Assembly: GCA_050309605.1 (NCBI GenBank)
Contig: JBNRMN010000003.1
Coordinates: 33,665 to 97,664 of the forward strand
DNA from: Anaerohalosphaeraceae bacterium
Lineage (GTDB): Bacteria > Planctomycetota > Phycisphaerae > Sedimentisphaerales > Anaerohalosphaeraceae
Length of the DNA: 64,000 bases
Reading direction: 5' to 3'
Positions 29,291 to 38,656 of the stretch are shown here, piece by piece. The first letter of the stretch is position 1. The number at the start of each line of letters is the position of its first letter. The translations under genes were made by a program, and so were the position numbers. The notes under the pieces were generated by a model that ran no database searches, had not been told where the DNA came from, and saw only the letters and a list, made by a program, of their open reading frames with translations.

Positions 29291-30724
29291 TCATTGTACC
29301 GGTTCAACCGTAAATTCAAAACTGTCGCGATTGCCCGCCATCGACATCCGTTCCTGGCCGAATCGCAAACGGGGATGTTTCTTAATGGACTCAAACAAAT
29401 CCAGCGTCGCGCGCCGACCGTTGGTATCGCCTCGGACCCGCATCGTGCGTTCCGTGAGGGTGATCTGCTGGATGATGACATCCACCGAAGGCGGCGCGTT
29501 GTTGACCGCTTCCAGCAGAAACGTCAGCTTGGCCGGTACCGATTTGTCGTCGCCGGGGCCGAGACCTTCCTGCACCCGACGGACATTGATCAAGGTACGC
29601 CGCAGGCGCGATGTAATCGCCTCGGTCGTCGGCGGGTTGCTGCCGTACATGGCCGCGCGATACTCCTGGGCCAATTTGGTGTTGAGCGTCTGGGCATAGG
29701 CATTCATTCGCCAGGTGCGGGACTGAAAATAAATCGCAATGGCCGCCAGCAGGATCGTCAGTGAAATGCCGGCCAGGCGCAAGCTGGATTCCATCATCTT
29801 GCGCTTGCCTTGGTAGGGCATAAAATCATGCCGAAAATCGGCCGTGATCTCCCGTTCCAGCGGCGCCATAGCCGCGCCGACAGCCATCAGCATGACCCCG
29901 CCCGATATATCGCGATCAGATGGTGTTTCGAAATTCAGCTTCTCGACAGCCGATTCGACGCGAACCGCCAGCCCCGTTCGTTCAGCCAGCGCCTGGCGAT
30001 CCACCCCCTCCGGCGCGTGGACAAACACCGCGTTTTTGAGCGGCTGTTCTTCCCCGGCGCCGGCGACGGCCAGCAATATCTCGCGCGTTAACGCGGCGGT
30101 GCGCTGCTGTTGGCCCTGCAGCAAAAACGACCGCATTTTCGGCGCATATCCGTCTTGACCGGGCTGGATAAAATAGCCGTTGTTCTCGGTCGCCAGAATA
30201 TACAGCGTATCGGGGTGTTTTGAGATGCCCAGCGTTCGCTCCAGCACGCGCGCCAGACACACCGCGTCCGGCTCAATCATCTCCGGATCCAGCCCGCCTT
30301 CCTGAATATCCAGCAAAATATCCGTAACCGTTTGACGATCGGCAGTGAAGGTCGCCACTTCCGAACCGGTCGGCAGCGGTCCGGTAATGGCAAAGGTAAC
30401 CGCCAGATTCATCGCATCGGTGGCCGCGGCCTCCTCAGCGTCAAACTTAATGGTGCTTTCCACCTGTCGCGGATCGCTGAATTCCGAGTGCAAATGGTAT
30501 TGGGTATAATAGCCGCAGTCAAGGGCAATGAACAGTCGTTCGACAGCCGCGCCGTCCCGACGAATCGCACCGGCCGCTTCCAGTGCCATCGTCTGGGCCG
30601 AATGACCTTCGGTCGGCTGAATGTCCAGGACAGCGGTGATCGTCCCCTGATCCTTTTCAGACAACCGAACGGCCAGCGCTCGATGACGGGCCAAATACAA
30701 ACCCACACTGTGTGTCTGTTCCAC
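29291..30724 (-). CDS. T2SS GspL-like (PilM/PilN-like) protein
   Basis: Actin-like N-terminus (VGLYL...TIKFDAEE), one TM near aa 320 and a PilN-like periplasmic end; GTG start. Confidence 0.65.
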   Translation of the reverse strand: MEQTHSVGLYLARHRALAVRLSEKDQGTITAVLDIQPTEGHSAQTMALEAAGAIRRDGAAVERLFIALDCGYYTQYHLHSEFSDPRQVESTIKFDAEEAAATDAMNLAVTFAITGPLPTGSEVATFTADRQTVTDILLDIQEGGLDPEMIEPDAVCLARVLERTLGISKHPDTLYILATENNGYFIQPGQDGYAPKMRSFLLQGQQQRTAALTREILLAVAGAGEEQPLKNAVFVHAPEGVDRQALAERTGLAVRVESAVEKLNFETPSDRDISGGVMLMAVGAAMAPLEREITADFRHDFMPYQGKRKMMESSLRLAGISLTILLAAIAIYFQSRTWRMNAYAQTLNTKLAQEYRAAMYGSNPPTTEAITSRLRRTLINVRRVQEGLGPGDDKSVPAKLTFLLEAVNNAPPSVDVIIQQITLTERTMRVRGDTNGRRATLDLFESIKKHPRLRFGQERMSMAGNRDSFEFTVEPVQ

Positions 30725-30758
30725 GTTAATGACTCCCGTTTATCTTGTATCTTCTATT

Positions 30759-30800
30759 TTCCGACTTCCGACTTCTGTCTTCTGTCTTCTGATTTCTGAC
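30759..30800. repeat. Heptamer tandem array between gspK and gspL
   Basis: TTCCGAC TTCCGAC TTCTGTC TTCTGTC TTCTGAT TTCTGAC. Confidence 0.9.
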
Positions 30801-30804
30801 TGAA

Positions 30805-32232
30805 TCACAATCCATACAAAATCGCCAGTTGTTCCACATTTCGGTCTTCTTTAATCACCGTTGCGACCGCCGAGACATGTGCGTTTCCGCTCTGACCGAC
30901 AACACGAATCAGGAAAAAATTGCTGGTTGTTGTCAGATAGTCTTTGGCACGTTCAATCGCGATGCTGTCGCCGTAAAACGCCTGTTTCAACTCATCAATG
31001 TTTTGAATCGGTTCTTCCTGGCGTTTGCGGATAATCTTTTCGGCCAACTCGGCCGGGTCGCCGCCGCCGAAGGTCAGTGCCGCTTCCAGCACATGCCGCG
31101 GGGCGGTATTGACATTGACCCGCTGCGACCCCCACAACGCCAGATACTTCAGCGGCGATTCATCCGGCAGCGCCGTATGTGCGGCGGGACGAGCCAGCGA
31201 CTGGCGATCCAGCAGGGCGCTGTGAAACAACTTGGCAAAATCCGCCGCATGGGCAACGGCCGGGCGCTGCGGAGCGGCCTGAGCCGATTGGGCCTGCTGT
31301 TGGGTCGGCCGTGCCCGCGCCGTGGTGCGCGTTGTGGTGAGGCGTCCTGCCGACTGAGTCCGAGCGGCGGCTGTACTGCGCTGCGGCTGCAAGAGAATGG
31401 CACTGGGGTTCAGCTCAAAGGTTTTATACTTATAAATCTCCTCGAGCTGTTCTGTCAGCATTTTTTGCTCAAGATCACTCATCCCCATCCAGTCGCAAAA
31501 AGTCGCCAGCACAGCCTCGGCCTGTTTGTTGACCGCCTCCCGATTGGTAATCGCCCAGGCCAGCGGCATTTTGGCGTTTTCATCTTCAATCGTAATGACC
31601 GCTCTGGCCGAACCAATGTGCAGCTCAATCGGTTCAATCACATACGGCCACGGCGGACCATACGGGCCGGGCACCTGAATATCATTCGGGTCGATTTCAA
31701 TAAACGTATCCCCCGAATCGATGTCAAAATCGGCCGTTTGCGCCTCATCGGCGGGCGGCCGATTGGGGTCGTCAAGCGACAAACCGAACATCTCCGCCAG
31801 TCGGCCGAGCATTTCCGTGCTGCTCAGCTCCGGGGGATTGTTCAGCGACGCATCGGGCTTGAGTACTTTTTCGAGCTGTTCCTCGGTGGCCGTTTCGGCC
31901 CAGTTCTGCAAAAAGATGCGATATTGCCGGTCGTTCATCACAAACAAATCCGAGAAATCCGGAAGATCCTGACGCTCCGACAGCCTGAATCTCTGACGCG
32001 GCAGGGTACTGAGCACGTATTTCATCGCCGAATCCAGCGCATAGCGTGCCCGCTGGTATTCGACCATATACGCCTGACGCCGTTTGACCATCGACACACG
32101 AACCGACAGCCCTGCCAGCAGCGACGAAAGCACCACCAGCGCCACCACCGCCACGACCAGCGCCATGCCGTCGGTGCGTCGAAACGTGCAACATCTTGTC
32201 AGTCCTTGTCGATTCATGGTCGCTCTGATCAT
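30805..32232 (-). CDS. gspK: T2SS minor pseudopilin GspK
   Basis: G/MALVVAV cleavage motif without Glu5; ITIEDENAK; VNVNTAPRHVL HhH-like motif. Start may be 32217. Confidence 0.85.
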   Translation of the reverse strand: MIRATMNRQGLTRCCTFRRTDGMALVVAVVALVVLSSLLAGLSVRVSMVKRRQAYMVEYQRARYALDSAMKYVLSTLPRQRFRLSERQDLPDFSDLFVMNDRQYRIFLQNWAETATEEQLEKVLKPDASLNNPPELSSTEMLGRLAEMFGLSLDDPNRPPADEAQTADFDIDSGDTFIEIDPNDIQVPGPYGPPWPYVIEPIELHIGSARAVITIEDENAKMPLAWAITNREAVNKQAEAVLATFCDWMGMSDLEQKMLTEQLEEIYKYKTFELNPSAILLQPQRSTAAARTQSAGRLTTTRTTARARPTQQQAQSAQAAPQRPAVAHAADFAKLFHSALLDRQSLARPAAHTALPDESPLKYLALWGSQRVNVNTAPRHVLEAALTFGGGDPAELAEKIIRKRQEEPIQNIDELKQAFYGDSIAIERAKDYLTTTSNFFLIRVVGQSGNAHVSAVATVIKEDRNVEQLAILYGL

Positions 32233-32235
32233 TGC

Positions 32236-33060
32236 TTATGTATCCGATTCGGGCATCAGTTCTGCATCCGTCTCATCGTCAATCGGTATCTCATCGGCAT
32301 CAATTTCAATATCATTCGGGTCGATTTCGGGCACTGTCTCGGAATCCAGCTTGCGCGGAATAAACTGGTACGGGATATACCGCGTGCGATCCACGGCCAC
32401 CGTGCGATAGAGAATTTTTTCTTCCGGCACGCCCAGGCGACCAGTGGGCAACTCCTCCAGCGGGGCAAACGACACACCGATTCGCACCGCCGTCGGCAAT
32501 GTTTCCGATGTCCAGGTCGCGCCCAGGGCATCGCCCTGTTGGGAACGCAACTCAAAATGCGTCAGACCATCCGTGATCGGAATATACAACCCGGCGCTGG
32601 GCGAAACGTCCGAGCCGGTTTCAATCACCTTGTCCTCAAGATTCAGCCCGTCGTGCATCCGATACAAAATCAGCGACTGCGTAAACGGGTCATACGTCGT
32701 TTGCCAGACCACACGTTCATAGACTTCCGCCCGCGGCGGATTGCCCTTGCCGTAATATTTGTTTTCCAGCGTCAACTGCGCCGAATTGTAGCCGTTGTCG
32801 TATTTGTTGCGAAACTGAATCGTCGCGTCAAACCCCGGCGCCGCCAGCCGGTCGATATCCTCAGCGACTTTCTGCAGAATCTCCCGCGCCAGCCGGTTTT
32901 CGTCCAAATGACCGGTCAACTGGCTCACATCCCGCCGAACGCGATGGTACATCTGCAAGACCGCCGTCAGCAGCGCCGCCGACAGCGCCAGCACCACCAG
33001 CGTCTCAATCAGCGTAAACGCCGCAGGACAAAGACGGTATGGTTGGGCATATTGTTTCAT
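32236..33060 (-). CDS. T2SS minor pseudopilin GspJ-like
   Basis: A/FTLIETLVVLAL N-methylation motif; LPTAVRI near the C-terminus; position in operon. Confidence 0.75.
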   Translation of the reverse strand: MKQYAQPYRLCPAAFTLIETLVVLALSAALLTAVLQMYHRVRRDVSQLTGHLDENRLAREILQKVAEDIDRLAAPGFDATIQFRNKYDNGYNSAQLTLENKYYGKGNPPRAEVYERVVWQTTYDPFTQSLILYRMHDGLNLEDKVIETGSDVSPSAGLYIPITDGLTHFELRSQQGDALGATWTSETLPTAVRIGVSFAPLEELPTGRLGVPEEKILYRTVAVDRTRYIPYQFIPRKLDSETVPEIDPNDIEIDADEIPIDDETDAELMPESDT

Positions 33061-33999
33061 TTATAAATTCATTAAATACACAACAAATGGGATCAGTTCT
33101 TCCGGAATACCCTGAAATTCTCTACGCACATCATCGGCTGTCCAGACCTTCTGAGGATCATCGAACGAAGGCTGTTGGCCACCGTCCGATGGGCCGGCAG
33201 GATCCGACGGCGTTGCCGGCCCCTCTGACGGGCTGGATGTCCCCGGCGACGGGGAGCCGGACGTCCCCGAACCGCTCCAGCCGATGTACTGCGGCACATA
33301 GGTTCGGGAAAACTCATTGTATTTGTCAAAATCCATTCCGATACGGTCGAGAAAACGGTTTTCTTCCTCGCGCAACTCTTCGATGAATGTCGGATAATCG
33401 TCGTCGAATCCATATTTTGAGATATAATCGAGTTTTTTACGTCGCTGCCGCTCCAGAAAACTCGTATAGGCATCCACGTCCATCCCGGCCTGCTGCAGAT
33501 AGGCGACGGTGGTTTCCTGAATGGCCGCTTCATCTTGCCCGGCCGCCGTACCCGACAACAGGCTCAGATATTCCTCTTCGGCGCGTTGCTGCTGAAGAAT
33601 CTGACGCACCACAGCCCCCGGCAGATTCGTCAGCCAGTGTTCCAGTTCAACTTCCTGATAGTCGCCTTTGCTGTCGGTGTAACCGGCCGAGCAGATTGCC
33701 CGCACCCACATTGCGTTATTGATCGGCTCGTGAAACGGCTCAATGACCACCTGCCATTGAATTTCCGGATGAATCTCGCTGACGCCGTATTCGACGGTAT
33801 CTTTCACATTATTCAGCGAAAGCAGCGATTCCATATTCTGCCGAGCCGTCTCAAAGGCCGCGTTTTGAAGACGCATATCCATCAACGCCCCCACGATGCG
33901 GTCAAGAATCGTCATCGCCGTACCGGTCATCAGCACAACGATCACAATCGTCACCGCCACTTCAACCAGTGTAAACGCCTTGCAGGATTTCGTCGTCAT
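33061..33999 (-). CDS. T2SS minor pseudopilin GspI-like with long C-terminal extension
   Basis: A/FTLVEVAV motif after ATG 33999; lies between the H- and J-like genes. Confidence 0.7.
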   Translation of the reverse strand: MTTKSCKAFTLVEVAVTIVIVVLMTGTAMTILDRIVGALMDMRLQNAAFETARQNMESLLSLNNVKDTVEYGVSEIHPEIQWQVVIEPFHEPINNAMWVRAICSAGYTDSKGDYQEVELEHWLTNLPGAVVRQILQQQRAEEEYLSLLSGTAAGQDEAAIQETTVAYLQQAGMDVDAYTSFLERQRRKKLDYISKYGFDDDYPTFIEELREEENRFLDRIGMDFDKYNEFSRTYVPQYIGWSGSGTSGSPSPGTSSPSEGPATPSDPAGPSDGGQQPSFDDPQKVWTADDVRREFQGIPEELIPFVVYLMNL

Positions 34000-34003
34000 T
34001 TCG

Positions 34004-34031
34004 TCTGACCTCTGACTTCTGACCTCTGTAT
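34004..34031. repeat. Heptamer tandem array between gspH and gspI
   Basis: TCTGACC TCTGACT TCTGACC TCTGTAT. Confidence 0.8.
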
Positions 34032-34633
34032 TAGAACGGCACCCGGTCGGCTGTCTGCGGCAGCAAAATCTCCGCATCGCCTTCGATCAACCGCACCGGC
34101 TTGCCGAGACGGTGGATCACAATCGACCACGGACGCCCGTCGCGATCGCGCAGCACTACTTTGCCGCCGAATTGCCAGCCGGCACGACCGGCGTAAAACC
34201 GCGCTTCAGTAAACGTCTCGCCGCGGTCGCGGGTATCTTCTAAATCATCATAGAGCACATAATCAAACTGAAACTCGTCGTCAAACCGACCGACCGTGAT
34301 TATCGCCTCATCATCCGGCAGCGTCTGAAAATCCAATGTCTCAAACTGCCGCAGGATATACACGTTGTTCAGTTGATCCAGAATCACCGCATACCGGCGG
34401 TCGCTCTGAAGGGCCGCCTCATAAGCCATCTGAAACGTATTGACCAGCGCCTCGGCACGGCTCTTGAAGCGCGTGTTGCCCCACATCGCGCCGAAGCCCA
34501 GCATCGCCACACCCGTCATCAGCCCAATCAAACCGACGACCATCAGCAGCTCGACCAGCACCATCGCCTTCAGCGACGGACGAAGCGACGAAGCAGAGTC
34601 TTTTTTCGTCAACCGACAATCGTCAATCGCCAA
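34031..34633 (-). CDS. T2SS minor pseudopilin GspH-like
   Basis: A/MVLVELLMVV motif; start uncertain (TTG 34633 or 34612). Confidence 0.7.
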   Translation of the reverse strand: MAIDDCRLTKKDSASSLRPSLKAMVLVELLMVVGLIGLMTGVAMLGFGAMWGNTRFKSRAEALVNTFQMAYEAALQSDRRYAVILDQLNNVYILRQFETLDFQTLPDDEAIITVGRFDDEFQFDYVLYDDLEDTRDRGETFTEARFYAGRAGWQFGGKVVLRDRDGRPWSIVIHRLGKPVRLIEGDAEILLPQTADRVPF

Positions 34634-34635
34634 TC
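34608..34635. repeat. Heptamer tandem array at the gspG/gspH junction
   Basis: GTCAACC GACAATC GTCAATC GCCAATC. Confidence 0.75.
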
Positions 34636-34637
34636 GC

Positions 34638-35072
34638 TTAGTCCACATCGGTGCTGTACAAGTCCGTGTCATAGCCTTCACCGCCCTCGCGACCGTCAGC
34701 GCCGTAACTGATAATCACGAACGGCTTGCCGCTTTCGGGATTGAGCTGATAGATAAACTCATTTTTCCAGGCGTCGCGCGGCACGGTCGTTGTTTCCAGA
34801 TAACCGCCCGGCGTCCAATAGTCCACATCCGCCGGCTGCTCAACCAGTTCGTACAATCCCATCTCTTCCGTCGGATAGCGACCGGTGTCGAGCTTGAACA
34901 TATTGACCGCCTGATGCAGCGTCTTGAGCGTCGCCTTGGTGGTGGTGACCTTGGCCTTTTCGGTCTGACCCATAAAATTCTTGGCCGCCACACCCGCCAG
35001 CAGGGCGATAATCAGCAGCACCGCCATCAGTTCCACCAGCGTAAACCCGCGATTCGTTTTGATCTGTCGCAT
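34638..35072 (-). CDS. gspG: T2SS major pseudopilin GspG
   Basis: G/FTLVELMAVLLII, FKLDTGRYPTEEMGL, DAWKNEF, SYGADGREGGEG. Confidence 0.95.
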   Translation of the reverse strand: MRQIKTNRGFTLVELMAVLLIIALLAGVAAKNFMGQTEKAKVTTTKATLKTLHQAVNMFKLDTGRYPTEEMGLYELVEQPADVDYWTPGGYLETTTVPRDAWKNEFIYQLNPESGKPFVIISYGADGREGGEGYDTDLYSTDVD

Positions 35073-35154
35073 AAAGACCTCTCATGTTGAAATGTTAAAA
35101 AGTCGAAGCATTAAATATTAAATAAAATCCAAATTTAGCATTCAAAATTCACAC

Positions 35155-36369
35155 TTAAAACTGAGTCACCGAATACTGGAACAGCGGCATCAGCGTCGCG
35201 TAGGCAATCGCCCCGATAATCAGCGCCATGAACACAATAATCACCGGCTCGACAATAGCACTGAGCCGCTCGATCACCAGATCCGACGACGCTTCCAGAT
35301 TCTCGCTGATCATTCTGAGCATCTGTTCCAGTTCGCCGCTCTTTTCGCCGACAGTCACCATATGCGAGATCGTCGGATCCAACACCCCGCTGTCGCGCAG
35401 CGGTGTGGCAATATCAGCTCCGGACAGAATCCGTTCACGAGCCTGCTTGATGGCATCGGCCATAATGACGTTGCCGGTCACCTGCGAAACCACACGCAGC
35501 GACTCGGCCATCGACAGCCCCGACCCCAGCAGCGTCGCCAGCGTCGAGGTAAACCGCGAAACGATCCGCTGTTTGAGCAGCGGGCCGAAACCGGGAAGAT
35601 TCAGCAGCAGTTTATCGCGCAGATAGGCCCCCCGCCGTGTCCGCACCAGCCGCTTATACAGCAGCACAAACCCGGCCAGGCCGGCCATAATCACGATCAC
35701 CCACCAACTGGTCAATACATTGGATACGCCCATCATAAATGTCGTCATCCACGGCAGCTCCTGTCCGGTACGGATTAACTGTTCGGTAATTTTGGGAATC
35801 ACCACGATCATAATCACCAGCAGCACCACCATACAGACGAACATCAGGATGATCGGATACATCATCACCGTCGTCATCTTGGCCTCCAACCGCTGGCGCT
35901 TGTCCATAAACGCCGCCATCGTTGACAGCGTTTCGGGCAGAGAACCGGTCACCTCGCCGACGCGGATCATACTGACATAGATCAAATCGAAAAACTGGTC
36001 ATACTCGTCCATCGAATCGGCCAGCGATTCGCCCGTTACCACCCGGTCGCGAATTTCCGTTACCGCCGCGCGAAGCTGCGGGTCAGAAACCTGCCCGATC
36101 AACACCGACAGCGCCTCGGTCAGCTTGATGCCCGAATTGAGCATCGTGGCCAGTTCCCGCGTAAAGCCGACCACCTGTTTGCGGCCGCTTTTGCGCATCA
36201 GGCTGCCCAGCGACTTGCGGGTCGTCTCCATCCGCACCTGATCTATCTGCGTCGGATGCAGCCCCCGCGCCCGCAGATGCTTGCGCGCAGCATAGGCGTT
36301 CTCGGCCGTTACCGTCCCTTTTTCGGTCTTTTTGGCGGCGTTGATCGCAATGTATTCAAATCGAGGCAT
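35155..36369 (-). CDS. gspF: T2SS inner-membrane platform protein GspF
   Basis: MPRFEY, FTRELATML, GEVTGSL, MYP, GEKSGEL, EPVII. Confidence 0.95.
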   Translation of the reverse strand: MPRFEYIAINAAKKTEKGTVTAENAYAARKHLRARGLHPTQIDQVRMETTRKSLGSLMRKSGRKQVVGFTRELATMLNSGIKLTEALSVLIGQVSDPQLRAAVTEIRDRVVTGESLADSMDEYDQFFDLIYVSMIRVGEVTGSLPETLSTMAAFMDKRQRLEAKMTTVMMYPIILMFVCMVVLLVIMIVVIPKITEQLIRTGQELPWMTTFMMGVSNVLTSWWVIVIMAGLAGFVLLYKRLVRTRRGAYLRDKLLLNLPGFGPLLKQRIVSRFTSTLATLLGSGLSMAESLRVVSQVTGNVIMADAIKQARERILSGADIATPLRDSGVLDPTISHMVTVGEKSGELEQMLRMISENLEASSDLVIERLSAIVEPVIIVFMALIIGAIAYATLMPLFQYSVTQF

Positions 36370-36373
36370 AATG

Positions 36374-36751
36374 TCATTGACGATGGACGATGGACGATGG
36401 ACAATTTTTTCTGGCGGTTTTTCGCGCGGTGATAAAAATCGCCGTCAGTTCATCGGCCTCCTGCATTAACGGTTCCACTTTCTGTTTCGGCAACATTTTT
36501 TCTTCAACAATGATTTCGAACCAAAACAGCGTTTCATCGACTTCTTCCACGACAATACTCAGTTTGGCAACAAATCCCGCCTTTGACTGAGCCAGACAGG
36601 CAGCTCGATAATTGGCCGCCACCGACGTTGACGATCGGATGATTTGCCCTCGGACATGCCGGCCCAGTAGAGTATCCGGCAGCGCATGGCTCATTTTTAT
36701 ACATCTTAAAGCGAATTGTTTGGTACGTCTTTTTAATTCGTGGCTATCCAC
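36374..36751 (-). CDS. Four-helix-bundle protein (23S_rRNA_IVP / TIGR02436-type)
   Basis: LKRRTKQFALR, QIIRSSTSVAANYRAA, FVAKLSIVVEEVDETLFW, EADELTAIF; GTG start with SD AAGGA. Confidence 0.92.
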   Translation of the reverse strand: MDSHELKRRTKQFALRCIKMSHALPDTLLGRHVRGQIIRSSTSVAANYRAACLAQSKAGFVAKLSIVVEEVDETLFWFEIIVEEKMLPKQKVEPLMQEADELTAIFITARKTARKNCPSSIVHRQ

Positions 36752-36790
36752 GTCATTTTCCTTTGTCCATCATCAATCGTCCATCGTCCA
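36377..36790. repeat. 28-bp inverted repeat of four heptamers bracketing the four-helix-bundle gene
   Basis: 36377-36404 TTGACGA TGGACGA TGGACGA TGGACAA versus 36763-36790 TTGTCCA TCATCAA TCGTCCA TCGTCCA; 25/28 complementary. Confidence 0.9.
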
Positions 36791-36792
36791 TC

Positions 36793-38496
36793 CTAAATGG
36801 TATCCGACTGCGTCACGCGCAGCACCTCGGCGATGGTCGTGATGCCGGCGGCCACTTTGCGGGCGCCGTCCATCCGCAGCGTCTGCATCCCCGCTTCCAG
36901 CGCCGCTTTCTTGATGGCGCCGGCGGTTTGCCGCTGATACACCATCTCACGAATCTCTTCGGTGATGGTCATCAGTTCATAGATGCCCGTCCGCCCGCGA
37001 TAGCCGGTGTCAAAGCACTTGGCGCAGCCGGCCCCGACGTAAAACATCGGCTTGTCGCCGGCGGTATCCAGCCCCAGCTCATGCAGCTCCTGCGGCGACG
37101 GCTCATAAGCCGTGCGGCAATCCGGACAAATCCGACGCACCAGACGCTGAGCCATCACCCCGATCAGCGACGAACTGACCAGATACGGCTCAATCTTAAA
37201 ATCAAGCAATCGGCTGATCGCCCCGGCCGCGTCGTTGGTGTGCAGTGTGCTGAACACCAGGTGTCCTGTCAGTGAAGACTGAATGGCCATCGCCGCCGTC
37301 TCGTGGTCGCGCACCTCGCCGACCATAATCACATCCGGATCCTGCCGCAGAATATGCCGCAGGGCGTTGACAAACGTCATCCCCTTCTTGAGCGAGACCT
37401 GCATCTGACTGATGCCGTTGAGCTGATACTCAATCGGATCTTCCACCGTCATAATATTCTTAACCGTCGAATCAAGCCGGTTCAGACAGGCATACAGCGT
37501 CGTGCTTTTGCCGCTGCCGGTCGGGCCGGTCACAAAGATCACCCCGTGCGAACGGTTGATCATTTTGTCAAAGGTTTGCTTGTCTTGCTCAAACAACCCC
37601 AGCTCCTCAAGCGTCAGGATGCCGCTGCTCTTATCAAGCAGACGCAGCACCGCCCGCTCGCCGAAGCTGGTCGGCACGGTACTGACGCGCAGGTCAATCT
37701 CGCGCTGGCCAATCCGCACGCTGCACCGTCCGTCCTGCGGCATCCGCCGCTCGGCGATATCCATCCCCGCCATCACCTTGATACGCGAAATCACCAGACT
37801 CAGCACATTGCGGTTCAGCGTCAGCGTGTCATACAAAATGCCGTCGATGCGGTAGCGCACCTGAATCTTGGTCTCGAACGGATGAATATGAATATCGCTG
37901 GCCCGCATTTGCAGCGCCCGAAACAGGATATCGTTGACCAGCCGAATGACCGGCGGACGATTGACCACATCGAGCAGGTCTTCGGAGCTTTGCACCTCAT
38001 CGACCAACTGGTCCAGATTCTGCGAATCCAGTTCCTCGGCCACTTCCTCGATGACGGTGTTTTTCTGCTCATAGGCCACATCAATCGCCGCGGTGATGGT
38101 CGCGCGGGTGCTCAGCGCCGTCTCGACGGGCAGGCCGAGCATCTTGGACACATTGTCAATCACCGACACATTCAGCGGATTGGCCGTAACGACCAGCAGC
38201 CGCCCGTTCTCCGCATCGGGGCGATAGCCGATCAGGTAATGATGCTGCGCATACGGCGCGGGAACCGATTCGACAAATTCCTGCGGTACATGCCCGGCGT
38301 CAATCTCGTCAAAAAACGAGATTCCCAGTGCCTCGGCAAACAGCCGAAGCACCACATCCTCGGTAAAGTTCGGCGCCGTCATCAACACCTGATCGATGCG
38401 CCGACCGTCGGAGGCATGCTGACTCAAAAAGTCCCGAAGCATCTCGGCGTTGACGACACCGCTTCGCTGGGCTGCCTGTATCAATAAGTCTTTCAT
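36793..38496 (-). CDS. gspE: T2SS ATPase GspE
   Basis: RASDIHI, DIAERRMPQDGR, GPTGSGKSTT, LRQDPDVIMVGEVRD, STLHTN, CPDC...CAKC. Confidence 0.97.
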   Translation of the reverse strand: MKDLLIQAAQRSGVVNAEMLRDFLSQHASDGRRIDQVLMTAPNFTEDVVLRLFAEALGISFFDEIDAGHVPQEFVESVPAPYAQHHYLIGYRPDAENGRLLVVTANPLNVSVIDNVSKMLGLPVETALSTRATITAAIDVAYEQKNTVIEEVAEELDSQNLDQLVDEVQSSEDLLDVVNRPPVIRLVNDILFRALQMRASDIHIHPFETKIQVRYRIDGILYDTLTLNRNVLSLVISRIKVMAGMDIAERRMPQDGRCSVRIGQREIDLRVSTVPTSFGERAVLRLLDKSSGILTLEELGLFEQDKQTFDKMINRSHGVIFVTGPTGSGKSTTLYACLNRLDSTVKNIMTVEDPIEYQLNGISQMQVSLKKGMTFVNALRHILRQDPDVIMVGEVRDHETAAMAIQSSLTGHLVFSTLHTNDAAGAISRLLDFKIEPYLVSSSLIGVMAQRLVRRICPDCRTAYEPSPQELHELGLDTAGDKPMFYVGAGCAKCFDTGYRGRTGIYELMTITEEIREMVYQRQTAGAIKKAALEAGMQTLRMDGARKVAAGITTIAEVLRVTQSDTI

Positions 38497-38516
38497 AACG
38501 TCAATTCAAATCAACC

Positions 38517-38640
38517 GTAGGGTGGGCCACGCCCACCACGTCATTTCCACACGCCCCGACAGAGGCGTCAAGTCATTTAGCCGGGGACGCAAGCCCACGG
38601 AACAAATGACACCAAAACATCCAAAGCCCCGAAGGGGCGA
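38517..38640. repeat. GTAG-type REP followed by a GCCCCGAAGGGGC-type palindromic element
   Basis: GTAG-GGTGGGC-cac-GCCCACC (38517-38537); CGCCCCGACAGAGGCG...AGCCGGGGACGCAAGCCCACGG...GCCCCGAAGGGGC (38552-38638). Confidence 0.7.
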
Positions 38641-38656
38641 AAGTCTTTTTTCTTCA

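Noticed and set aside
30829..33066. 745-aa plus-strand ORF
   Set aside because: Antisense shadow of gspK/gspJ with no recognisable motifs; typical of GC-rich coding DNA.
36374..36751. Diversity-generating retroelement or 23S rRNA IVS, suggested by the Avd-like/IVP protein
   Set aside because: No reverse transcriptase, TR/VR pair or rRNA sequence seen in the window.
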